This document shows positions 47,081 to 59,930 of a stretch of 62,318 bases of DNA, in pieces. The stretch spans positions 62,001 to 124,318 of the forward strand of contig NW_020843911.1 of NCBI RefSeq assembly GCF_003704095.1, given 5' to 3'. Both the position numbers and the translations under genes were made by a program. The first letter of the stretch is position 1. Each line of letters opens with the position of its first letter. The notes under the pieces were generated by a model. The model ran no database searches and was not told the origin of the DNA. It saw only the letters and a program-made list of their open reading frames with translations. The DNA comes from Pocillopora damicornis. Lineage: Eukaryota.

Positions 47081-50000
47081 GACGTAAACCTCATGAAAAG
47101 TATCGATACCTAATTTTTACAATTGTACTTTTTTTTTATTGAGTTAATTTTAACCCAGGCACCTTCACTATTTCTTGTGTTGGTCTTGCATGAATAATTA
47201 GAGTTGTTCCTGATATCATTGTTCCACTTAAATCCCTTCTTGAATTGAAATTAATTTTGGTTGAATAAATGGTTGTTCAAGGCTGAAAGCCCTTCCATTG
47301 TTTGAATTCTGGACAGAAAAGTACGGGAAATTGAAGTAATTAACAGCACTGTGAACCTGAAAAACTGACGATCTACTGTTCTTTTCTACTGAGCTGTTGC
47401 TGTTTCATTGGATGAGAAAACTAAAGTAAATTTTGCGCGAGGTTTAGGAAAGACTTTGATGAAAGGTGAAACAGGCCTCAATGAGCAGTTTCTCCAAGAA
47501 ATGGTGGTACAATCAGGACCTGGCATTAGCTAACAAACAGGGCATTGTCCTTGGAAAAGAACTGATAAAGAAATGTACATTAGTTGCAAGCACCAATAAA
47601 TTATTTGCTCAAAGCTATTAACTGCCATTGTTGTGATTACAAATACTCTGATGTGCTGGTGAAAGGAAGGATTTCGCGAAAGAAAATTACTAACGTCTTG
47701 GACTTTGGAAGTCGATCGCCTATTTTATCATTCCCATGATCTGGTCAGTGTACTCCCGAAAGGAAAGCTAATCTAAGAGAAGGTAAGCTTTGCGTAGTTG
47801 AAAAAATAAGTTAAAGGTACATTTTTTATTTACAGAAAAGCAGCTTACTTAGTCGCTGAAAGCTTGTTATAGCTCTGTCATTAATAAAACAACAGAGAAT
47901 TAAGCCCACGAGTCCATGTCTGCTTGTTGTTGACAAACTCTGTTATTCCAAATTTGCGAATCATATACTTCCGTTGCAACAGCAAATTCTAACGTATTCT
48001 CGGTATGATCATATCAAAGAAACTCTTTTCACAACTCGTAATCAAATTGATTAATGGGTGCATGTGCGTCAAAGTAACATAGATTTTAAGGATACGTTGC
48101 GTAATGGTTGGTTGATAAAAAATGGACGAAATTTTCATTAAGAAAATGTACTGCATTTGAAATACAGTTTTGTTTTTGGGTAATGCTTGATAATTAAATA
48201 GAGAAAACAGATACAGGCACAAAACAGATATCAGATCCAATGATTTGTGTCTTTACAGTGAGTTAGTTGCTTTGTAAGCGATTTATACCAAGTTGACATA
48301 TTCGAGTAAACCGATTTTCTGATTCAACTGCATGTGCTGACATCAAAAATATGTCGCTTTGTTAGGCGTGCGAAATCAAATGTCCCAGCTATTTGTTTGG
48401 CATGGAGCCAGTTGGTCAAATTAGACATCAGTCCCTGCAAATTATCTGTCAAAAAAACTCAAACAATGAGCATTCTAGAATGAATTATTCCCGTAAAAAG
48501 TTCTTTTGCTTTGTTCAGACTGAAATATAAGATAAAAGTGGAAATTATCAATGCTTGTTGTGAAACTGACTTGCATTATTGATGAAATTGGTTACGCCTC
48601 ATTATAACTGGTGTAAGAATACGGCTTCTTTTAAATTCGGTATGTTTCATTTCGTCATAAAATGCGTCTTATTAGAAATTTATGAAATAAATCTTATTTC
48701 CAGAGTCCAAAATTGTTAAAACGACGTTTGTTAACCATGTATATGAAATCTTCTGCATGAATTAAGATGTGAAGCATTTCTAGGAAAGTGACATAGTACA
48801 AAATGTGAACTCTCCATGACAAGTCAAACCCACGTTATTTCCGACTTCTTAGCTAACTGAATTAGCTAGGAAGAGAGACTTGCAAGCGATTGAGGCCACT
48901 TCCATTACATTTGATGCGTGAAAATTTTTCGTGACGCCCTCAAGATCAGCATTAAGGAAAGGGTTCTGTATAGGGTGAGAAAAACCGAATAATTAGCGCG
49001 GAAGCGCATTGAAGGAAAATAATGAGAATTTTGCATGTTTGAGCATCCTTTCTGTTAGGTCAGATCTTTCTGAATACATTTATCGGAACTCACACAGGAC
49101 GTTACAACGGCAAGTGGCACCATTTTTCAAGAGATTTAGCTTTTAGAACAAGACATCAAGAGAAAATGACCAATTATTTTCTTTGTGAGACATCCACTTT
49201 TTAGTCGTTGAAATCTGGATAGCATACAAGGACTGTAAACTTACTCATCACTGACATTGCAACGTTCTGAAATTATGTCCAAAATACAAAGGACTTATGA
49301 TCAGTCGAATGTAATTCGCCTTAAACACAAAATTTCCAATGAAACAATGAATTATAAGAAGGAGGGAGAAAAAATTAGGGCTATTCGAGATTTTGGTCAG
49401 CTCAAGACAGAACAACCAAATCCGTTTGCTCTGAACAATAATTAACCTAATTGACCCTCTCTTGTGAGATGAACTAATTAAAGAGGTTTTTAAAAGAATT
49501 AACATATAGATGCTATTAGTTAAAAGGTACTGTGATATCATCTGTATGAGCGAGGATTCCTCTGAGATATATCTGCATATTTAGAAATGCAGAAAAAGAC
49601 AGTTTTAGGCCTCGGAACGGACCCTTTGATGCGTTTCAAAAATCTCCGATCGAAACCTAAAAAATTGAATATGATTAGTGACTATCTCGATCACAACTTC
49701 AATGTGCCACTAACTTGATGCTTACATAAGAAGGAATTATTCAGCGCAAGAAATACGGAATTTAAAGTAGAAATTGGGAGGGAAGGCGTGCAGTCGGAGA
49801 AATATTTGGACGTGCAGTGCTTTGGAGAAAGGCTCACGATAGATACGGATCTCTGATAATGAACTCGCTGTCGATTTGCCCGCCGACGCAGCACAAAGAT
49901 TCCTATTAAAAGTTTATCCCCGCTTTGTTCATCCGTCTTACAGGGCTGAGTTACGACCAGTTGTCAACTGATGATTGAAAGTCAAAAGTAACTAGCGATT

Positions 50001-51940
50001 ACAGTGGTCTTTGTTTTGCTTCCCTACTCTGTTCACATTCGCAACAATCAGATGACAAATTGAAATCAATCGTGACCTGTCCATTCACCTCCTACATCAC
50101 TTTTTTTTTCTTTGGAATATAATTTTTAATTTTCCTTGAATGTCAATTTCGTTTTTACGACATTCACAAAGCGACCCAAGATAGCGGACTGATAGGAGAG
50201 ATTGAAAGAATTGTTGCCGTGTTCAATTTTGATTAGTGCAAGATACAGAGAGTTGAAAGAGGCCAAGAACTAGTCCGAAATGTTGCAGCGATGAAAAATA
50301 TTTTAAACAAACGTCTCATTAGCATTTTTTATTGAAAATGCTCTGATGTCTGTGACGACAGGTTTACACTCGACGAACAATTAATGTGACTGATGACCAC
50401 AAGTTTGGTGATTCGCTTGTTGGAGTTATCGCTTTCCAGTGGATAAACTCCAGGCAATAGGAAAGATTTAGACCATCCAGAACAGAACAGGTGGGTTAAA
50501 TAAGTTTTTGTTTTTTTAATGACGAGTCAGTGTAGTTTCTCATTGAAAAAAATACATATATTTTCTAAGACGTATCAGTAAAATGAGGGCAGCAATGGGG
50601 TAGCCGAGACATCAGACTGAGAGGGAATGAATCTCTTCGAATATATGATAAGTGAAAATCAGGCTAAGTTTGATAAAATATTAAAAACATTGGGAGCTTA
50701 TAATGTTTTTATCGCCTGCCACAACACACCGTTAGAAATAGTTTCTGAACAGTTTTTCTTTAGCTATTTTTCACACGTCACCATGCAAAATGTAGCATTT
50801 CATTTCATCTTTTCCCCGAAGTCAGCAAACAAACTCCCATTAGTCCTGAGACTCGTGTTTGATATTTGAACTAACAAATCATGGACTGTTTGTTTCAATA
50901 AGCAAGTCCGACACAATGATGAGAATCCTTTACAAAGAAATAATTACTTGATATCTATCTCTAAACTTATGCTGATATAAGCGACAGTGACATGAAATTT
51001 TTGTGGTTTACAAAAACTTGTCGAGTGTTCGATTTTAACTTGTGCAAAATAGATAGAACGGCCAGTTTGATTGAAAAATACAATGAATAAGGTATTGACA
51101 TTTCAGAAAATTGTCCCTTTCTTATTGAAGAGATTTAGGCCCAAGAGGACGACAAATGAATCGTAAAAGAACTCTCTGTGTCTTCAGTGTCAGCCCTTTG
51201 AGCAGTACAAGTCGATTCTTTTTTTTTTCAACGTTTTTTTATCATTTGCAATTAACAGGAGAGAATTTTCTATTATCCTGATTTGTCTACTTTTAAGTGG
51301 ATAAACCCTTAAAAGCATTAACAGAGGCAAGAGCAAAAACAGAGCTTCAGTGGATCACAGTTTCTCTAATATTCTTTTCTATATATATCGCCGAAGCAAA
51401 ACATCAACTAAGTGGCAGACAAAAGAGTGTCGGATAAGAAGTGCTATTTCATTAGCGCGCACTACTCCGGCGTAATGAAATGTTGCTCTAAACCCCAACA
51501 GGATTAGACTACGAGCAGTCCTTCCTTTACGGCAAAGTCCGTCGCGCGAGTAAAGAATTTAGCGAAAAAAATTGAGGTTGGCCCAACGTGTGAAAGTCTG
51601 AGAGCTTCACTTAAACAGTACTGAGAAAAACCTCCAGAGTGCTGTTATGGAGTGAAATCCTTGTTACTTTGTTGATTCATGCAAACTTTTCTTATTGTTT
51701 CAACCGTGCCTGTGCTCGATAAGCTCGATACAGATGGATAAATTTAGTAAAAGCGCGGATAGTAAAAGAAGTTTGGAGACAACTTGCTCTTCAAAACAAA
51801 ATATCGAGTCTAGCGATATATGATTTGTTTTGCCTAGACTAGTTCAGAACTGCGGGTGAACCGGAGATTTCGGTTAAAAAATGAGGAAATAAAACTCTGT
51901 CAATATGCTCATCGCTATCTGTTTTGTACACAGTTACGAT

Positions 51941-52053
51941 AGGGTCTCAGTGGGCTGATGGGTCTTCCGATTAATTTCTTTCCGCTACAATTAATAGGAA
52001 AAATTTTAAGGTTAACTTTTTTTTAACGACTAACGGTTAAAATTTGAGACCCT
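51941..52053. mobile_element. Short MITE family F copy
   Basis: Perfect 9-bp TIR AGGGTCTCA...TGAGACCCT with internal taacgactaacggttaa. Confidence 0.55.
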
Positions 52054-53334
52054 CTTGAGAAGGTAGACTAGGGTTTTAGGGGATTGTCTTCCTGGTCAAC
52101 TGTGCATTACTATAGGTTCAGCGCAAACCCCCTCCCCTTCCCTCTGGCAGGGTTTGCTCAGCTTTCGCCCTAAAAGCCTGTTACCAACAAAAATAGAAAA
52201 ATGAAACGGGAAACGAGTGGTAACCCATTTATTCATGGTTTGTGCGCCATTATAATGTACATTTGTTGATAGCCAATTGGATGTTTACCTCCTGCCACTG
52301 AGGATTTGATTATGTTTTGTCTGATTTGAGTTACCTCTTCACAAATACTTTGATTGAATTCGAAGAGCTTTCAAGATAGTCGAGGAAAGTTGAGAAAATA
52401 CGCTGAAGTTTATACAATGAGGCCACAATATTAAGCAAAATCGACCAGGTATGTTTTACCAAATAACATTGTTTCAATCATAGGACCGTTTCCGTGTAAA
52501 TCAATTTCATGGCTAAATTTACATATAACTCAACGTCACAAAAACTAATGACACAAGAATTTCGAAGATTGATGGGCAAAGTTTAAACTCAGTAAGAGGA
52601 AGGTCATTTAAAAAAGCAAAAGAAATTTGTGCTGTATTTTTGAAAAGAAGGATCGTGTAAACTCACGTACCGTTTCTGGTTAACCCCCCTTAATCGCCAC
52701 AAATATGCCTTTCACATCGTTATTGCTTTGTTGTGAGTCGGATGAAAGATTTTAAAAACCCATTCCTACCTTTTATTCATTCATTTGACTTTGCAAATAT
52801 CTTTGTTCGCTGATTATATGAATGGAAAAACGAGGGAACAGTAAGGGAAAGTCATGGCGTTGGCCGGTATTTATCGGGCTATTTTTAGCTTTGGGCGGAA
52901 AGGGAAGTCTTACTCCTGACGTCTGCATCGTTGTTTCCTAAAGAAGTTTATTATTTCCGAATTTCAATTCAAGAAACCGATATCTTCGCTGTTCGCCAAT
53001 TTATCGATGTAACTCGCAGGCGATCAAGGCTCACTGAAAGAGGACGGAGGTTTTTCATTTAGCGTGAGTTAAAGGCAGCATATGTATGCAAAACGTAAAG
53101 CGATTTGCAATAACGCAATTAAATTATAACCGTATGAATTCCCGTCCCATTATTTTCTTTTGATGAATACTGTTTGGTTGTCCACTGGATATTTCGTTCA
53201 GGGTGGATTCCAGCGTTTAGTACCATGTCTTCAAGCTCAATCTACGCTCCTACACTAATTCTCTTGTCCTCTTTGGTGTTTATCACTAACTGTCCGAGAG
53301 GGAAGTAAATAGGATTATATAATAAGTGCTTCAT

Positions 53335-53657
53335 TTACCTTTTTTTCGGTCAGGCACCCAACCTCTAAAAGCGCCCACCCTTTAGATAGCTAATTTTAAG
53401 TTAAAGAGCGCTCAGCTTCGAATAATCTGGAGTGCACCAGAGGAGTATTATTTACTTTACTGGCTCGCAATCTCTAAATTCACTTTCCCATGAACATCTT
53501 CAAGTTCTGTTATTATCTATAGTTTTGCTGCAAAATAAACTTTTTATTAGAAGAAAATGGTGAAAATTGAAGAGGCACTCAGCCTCGAATAAGCGCCTAC
53601 TCTCACGGTTCAGAACTTTAACAACCGTTCAGGGCATTTAATCGAATAAGTTCGGTA
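53335..53657. mobile_element. Degenerate MITE family G (AAGCGCCCAC subterminal repeats, CGGTA end)
   Basis: aagcgcccaccc, cctcgaataagcgcctac and end atttaatcgaataagttcggta. A sister copy lies at about 57072-57431. Confidence 0.5.
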
Positions 53658-56600
53658 GCAACAAGAGACGTCCAAACGGCCCAGTATAGTTAATGAATAC
53701 AGCAAAGAGCTCTCATTTACCTTTGAAGAACTGTCAAAAACATGATGTCATCATTTGATAGAGCGAATGCTAACGATTTGATGTTCTTTTTGTCATGTAT
53801 ATGAAGACGGCAGTTTTTGCTTGAGTAAATAGATCAAAATATCTTAGTACATCACGTACAGTAGCTGTATAGTGGAATAAAATAGGTCTTCTAAGATGAA
53901 GAAATGAGCAAATTTTATCCTATGGATATCGAAGATAGCGTTGAATGGTAATTTTGTTGAGGCTACATTTCGATTCACCGTATCGCGCATGTGTTAATAA
54001 GGTATTTTTACTTCTCTTTCTGTGAGGCGGAAGGACATGTCAATGTTATCAAAAATAGAGAAAAATTATTGGAATTCTTAATAAGGTTGGTACTACTTTC
54101 ATTGTTCTCTAGAAGGATGTCTTTAACTTGAAAAGAATAAGCTTATAATTTTCCAAATGGTTTTTATTTTTCTCCGTACACATAATACGCTGTCAGTTTT
54201 CATTAAACCTCTATCGTTAACTTGGTTTCTAGCTTTGATGTAGCGTCAAGTTTAACTGGCAATGTCAGCTTTACTTGCTTTTCCTATTTCCCTATTCATT
54301 ATTAAAATGAGCCCACCACTTGGCTGTATGTGGAAAAAATCTAATTTAAATTTCATCCCTAGTTTTATTTACAGTTTCTGAAATGATCAGAAAGGTAGCG
54401 AAATATAAGCAGCTCTGTGTGAGTTATACTAAACAATGATTTCGTTTTAAATGAAATTACTTTTGGTATTATGTCTTTGAATGGGGCCTTTTAGCCATAC
54501 AAGAAAAGCGCCTGTGACAATCTAAGGATATTTGCCTTAGTGACCAGAAGAACCCCTCTTATTTACATGAATTTTTTATTTAGAGTAACGGCAGATGGTA
54601 CATGTTATTCAAATTGCTTTAGGAGCAGAGCGCCGGATCAGACAGTTATACCCAGAAATTAGCAGTCACAGTTTTTTTCTTGTGAAACAAACAAAGTTTT
54701 ACACCTTTCCCGAAGATCTCAGAAGAAGCCCACACATATCTGAACTTATCGGTGCTGCTTGTAACACTGGATCCTTGGACATCCGGGGTAAATGTTACAA
54801 AACAGATCAAGTTCTGTTTTTGGATTTTCATCAGTTTGTTATCATGGATATTGCCGGCATAGCCACAGATTAAATTATTTTCTTTTCTTGTATAATAATA
54901 TTTTTTTGTATTTATTTTAGATCTCCAGAAGCATTATCTACTCTGATGAAAAATGGTCTTAACCGAGATGAATTTAACTCTTACATCAATGTTGGTAAGA
55001 CTTTTTGTGTGATACAAAACAGGTCGTTTGAAACAATTTTTCCTTATTATTGTAGCAGTTGACGGCAGCTGTTACAAAGAGTCTGATTAATGCTTTCAAT
55101 TGCCAGGAAAATGCACAATTTTTGTCGTTTCCTGTGCTTAGTTAATTTTTGGCGGTATATTGCACAATGATTTATTACAGCTATAGAGAAGTTGTCGCTT
55201 TTTTAGAATCTTGTTTAAGCAGGATATATAGAATCTATATATATATATAGACGTATTCTTCCGAAATGGAAAATTATTATTAAAGCGAAGAGATGCCAAA
55301 ACAATTGATTTGAGAAAGACACCAAAATGGACACCAAAAAAGAAATGGAAAACAAATGCCAGTGGATAACAAGGATTAAAAGGGATTGCAGATGAACAAT
55401 TTGAAAATCTAGCTCATTTGTGCGGAGGTTTAAAAACACCAATGTTGATCTGTAGATCATGTTATCGCGGAGAGTTTTTGAAATACACTTCAAGCTTTTA
55501 ACACCACACTTCATTCGGCCCACGCACTCTTCTCAAAGTTTCACAAAACTGAATTTGAATTGAGAAGTAAATACAATGAAGTTTTCTTTGAGCCATTTGG
55601 GTGTAGCCCTAATTACTTTTCGTAGACTCGATGTCTCCTGATTAAGTTACATAACAGCAGGTACACTGCTGAGTGAACATATTCGACACTCACTGGAAGT
55701 AGGAGCTCCGGAAAATTTAAGTATACCAACAGAAAAAATTCTTAATAAAGAAAAAGAAAACAAAACAAACAAAACAAGTAAAAAATTTGAGTAAAACAAA
55801 ACATAAATAAGAAAGAGGGTGTCGATCTTAGGAGAACTTAACCATGCTTAAAGCAAAGAGTCCCACCAAGTTTTCTACAGTTCTGACTTCTTCATTTAGT
55901 TTCCTTTCAAAAAATATCCAGAATTTTAAGCCTCCCAGAAAAACTATCACGTCGTCAACTCTTTTCGCCGACTAAAAATTTCGCATTTTGTTGGCCTAAA
56001 ATGCATTTTAGCCTTTTTACTCGCGTGATCGTTTATAGGCTGTTTTGCTGTAACAGCACTTTGCTGTTGGACATAAATATGCTTTGGGCACTGAGTCGAG
56101 CTCTAAACTTACTAATGCACGCTAACATAGACTATATTGTTTTATTACAGTCAAATTTGTTACTTATCCTCTTAAAAAAAAAACAAAAGTTAAATTACTC
56201 TGGCTTAACGGTTTGCGTGCGGGACTATAAGTTTGATTTAATTTTTTCTCGAAAGGGAACATTATTTTGCCTGCTAGGACTCTTAGCGTTCCCTGCTGCG
56301 GAACCAAGTACTAACGCTGCTCTGACACCTAAATTTCGCTCGAATTCTGCTCTGCGTACCGAAAACGGAACCTAGCTTTGAGTCTCATGATTTGCAGAAA
56401 CTTACAAACAGACACACAAGGGACAAAGACAAACCTTTATAACAATATTTACGTATTCATCATCATATTCAAATGTTGATTCTTCTTACTTTGGACAAGA
56501 TCTCTTATGAAATATTCAAGATAGAATACGTGCTCTCATTAATTTGGTCTAAGGGTGTATTGATATAAGAGTATGTAAACACGGTTGTCAGGTCACACTT

Positions 56601-57071
56601 TCTATTCTCTCTTCTCAAAAATATTTTATAAAATTAAAGCAATGGTAGATTAAAAAAAATTAAGGTTTGGGAAAGTCATGTAAACCCATGAAAGTTACAT
56701 AACTCCTCGAATTTTCCCAACCCTCCTAGAGTTTAGATGAGGCTATGCAAAAGTCCTCTGTTGCGCGAATATCAATCGAGATATCGTTTGATGTAAAGGA
56801 ATTATGCAAGCATATCTTAGCTAATGGTCATATCGGTTTCAACTCGTCTCCCATTTGCTTTGTACTTGGGTTTAAAACTTTTCATCCAACTACCGAACAA
56901 AAATCACTGATGTAAAGAAATTTTCAGTTTTACTTTACTGTTCAATAGATGCCGCAAAAATACCTCACATAGCTAACAGAACGCTCATGTCGAAAAATTG
57001 CGACTTTTTATATTGGAAATTCTGTAAGCGTAACTTAACGTGGGCTCCGTGATTAATTCATTGCGATTCTA

Positions 57072-57431
57072 ACACCACATATTTTTAATTAAACGCCCAC
57101 CTTGAATGAGCATCCACTTCCCAACTGACCTTAGAAACAATGAAATTCTATTATTAACTGAATAAAAGCCATCAAGATATCTCACCTAATACCGAAATTT
57201 CTTATAAATTTAAATAAACTTCTAAAGGAATGGTTAAATTCTATTTTGCGACATTCTCACGTTATGTTAGTACTTCTGGTTTAGTTGCAAAATAAACTCA
57301 CTATTTCTTGAAAATGGCGTAAATTTAGTCAGCGTACAGCCTCAAATATAAGCACCCACCACAACAAAGCGCCCACTTTCAAGATCTAAAATTTTAAAAA
57401 GCCCGCAGGGCTCGATTGAATAAATGCGGTA
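57072..57431. mobile_element. Degenerate MITE family G copy
   Basis: aaacgcccacc, taagcacccacc, aagcgcccac and end gattgaataaatgcggta. Confidence 0.5.
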
Positions 57432-58317
57432 TATCATTAAACATCATTTCAAATTCGAGAGCAAGAAACAGTCAGCTTTTGTAACAGACAGCTGTTATGT
57501 CGGATAAAAAAAAACTTTTTTTTATCTTTTTCTATGTAGATTCTTTTGTGCGTTGTCAAATTTAGTCCCGGCGGAAAAGGAATGTTTATATCCGAGACAG
57601 ACTTCAAGACGGAGAATGAAGGTTGGTATGTTCCCTCAATATCATTCAGGTTTTTCTGTCTATTTTTTTAGTTAGACCTCATAGGTGGTAAGATATGATA
57701 TTTATATTTAAGGTAATTAGTTCAAGTGGTGGGCCGGTAGTTGACAGACCACAGGGAAGACAATATTGAACTCCAGGAATCGTTCTATCAGCGCTCTCTT
57801 TATCAAAATTTTGAAAAGTGAAGTATAATTTCGTATATAGCCACTGTTTCAAATTGAAGCAATTGGCTACTTTCTTGTGATTTTCTTGGGTTTCATTGCT
57901 ATTATAAAGCAAGAACTTTCTTCGAAGAATTAAACCAGATCGTAAATTATAAAGGTTTCATACCGAGTGGCAACCATTGATATCGAAAGATTCATCAGAA
58001 ATAGGAAACCTAAGTTGAGTGCTCCCTAAATTAGAATATAGTGGTTTGTTCTGTGGAAAACATCAGATGGGGGATGTAATATAAGCATCCCCTATTCGTT
58101 TTCTTTTTCTTCCTTATCGATTACGGTGTCCGTTTATCCTTCCTTCTGTCCGTTCGAACCTATTTAGGTCTGTCTGTTTGTGTGGCCCGCAACTCTTTCT
58201 CTCTTCCTTACTCTTTGCCGCAGGATCAGAGTTAAAATGACTTAATTTAGGATTCGTTTTGAGTGTATTTTAAAGCCGACCAATGTACTTTTTTTGAAAG
58301 TTTCCATTATTTGACAG

Positions 58318-59930
58318 AGCGAGCACCGAGGAAGACTAGGGCAGAGCCTGAATCCGAACCTGAAAGCGAACCTGAAGCGGAAGGAGAATCCAAAGCAGAA
58401 GGAGAACCCAGTAGTGAAAATCACTCATACACGGAGCCTACCTCAGAATATCCAGAAGGAGAAACTGAACCGTCGCCAACGCCGGAAAATTGGCCAGAAC
58501 CAGGCCCCCGTTGGGAACAAGCATACGAGACGTGGAGATGGGCCTGGGAGCTACATGTTTACCTTTACGCGACGATATACCTTTTGATTGGCTTGTACGC
58601 CGGATATTACGTCATAGCTAACGTTTATGACGGTCTGCAAGGAAAATACCTGAGCGTGAGCCTCAATATCATGGTGTCGATGTTTGGGTTCACAAGGGCC
58701 CTTGTCATGTTTTTGGACCCATATCATCAAGGGGGTATAATTCACAACACTGCGGTGATGCGCGTGATTTGGTCCCTCGCAGGCCCTTGTCTCACGGCCT
58801 CCGACAGTTTGATGATTCTTGCCCTGATAGAGACGGCAAAAATCTCCGTTGCACCTCCTAAGCTTCAGAAAGCAAGCACAAACATTATTATCATAAGCTT
58901 TCATTTTGCACTTGTAATAACTACAGACTGTGTAGTTGCCGACTATGTGGAAGCGAAAGTTATGTTGTTATTTTGTCAGTTGTTTTTTGTTACGTGGGGT
59001 TTTGTGCTTGGAACTATAAACTTTATCCTTGGATACAAACTGGATAAACAACTTTTCAGTCACAAAAAACCAAAAGAAACAGCGGACAAAATATACATTT
59101 ATCTTATTTACGCCTCCGGCCTAGCAAACTACTTTTTATGCGCAATCATTGTTTATTCAGCGTGCGGAGTATTTGGTGTTTATTCGGATGTTCAATTTGT
59201 AGATGCATGGCCTTGGTGGGCCTTGCAAACGATGTCTCGCTTCAGCGAGATCCTCGCGTGTGTCTTGATATTCACAGTTAGTGCTAAAAGGACCCGAGTG
59301 AAAAAGGCAGTCGCTCAGTTAACGGATGAAAAAAGCTTAGACACAATCATCCCGGGAGGAATCGGTTCTACGCAATCTTTATCGTGGTCTTCAAGATTCA
59401 GAAATTGCTTCAAGCGTAAAAAAGTCGCCGCTGACAGAAACAGTGGGAGTGCAATAAGCCTATTCACAGCTCTCCGTGAAATGGCTCTGGCTGCGACCGG
59501 TGAGAACTGGTACGGGACAAATCTGGATCCCCCAATAAAAGATAATGGGGAATGTTGGGTAGAAACAAAAACGACTTCGTCTGTAATTCATCTGCCTGGG
59601 AAAACGAAAATACATCCACATGTAAACACAACTGACGACTTAGGGAGCGATGGCGAGGAAGTGGAAAAGGAGTACTTAGAACTTGAGTTAAGACGCGTAC
59701 AATCAAGAAGAGCGAGCATGTTTACAGCTCTTCACGACGCTAAAAAGACGCGTAACACGGCCTTTCCACCCGGAAAAATGACTCGGCTAAAGCCATTATT
59801 CCAAACTGATAATTCTGGAGAAACTAGCATCAAGGAGATTGACTCGAAGAGACAAAACTCTGGAAATACTTGGGGTAAATGGCCGGAAACAACACTTCCA
59901 AATATGGCAAACACGGAAGAAAATTACTGA
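58318..59930 (+). CDS. PRRT3/PRRT4-family multipass (about 7 TM) membrane protein, main terminal coding exon; N-terminal exon(s) unresolved
   Basis: Long ORF (58263-59930) entered via acceptor ttgacag|58318 (phase 1). Acidic Pro/Glu stalk AEPESEPESEPEAEGE, then PEPGPRWEQA...WAWELHVY, TRALVMFLDPY and WPWWALQTMSRFSE, which match recalled PRRT3/4 motifs. About 7 hydrophobic segments. Candidate upstream exons 57540-57621 (or to 57625) and 54921-54994 are phase-compatible but unproven. Confidence 0.8.

Noticed and set aside
58242-59914. Antisense ORFs over the PRRT-like exon
   Set aside because: Shadow frames of a long coding exon, with no independent support.
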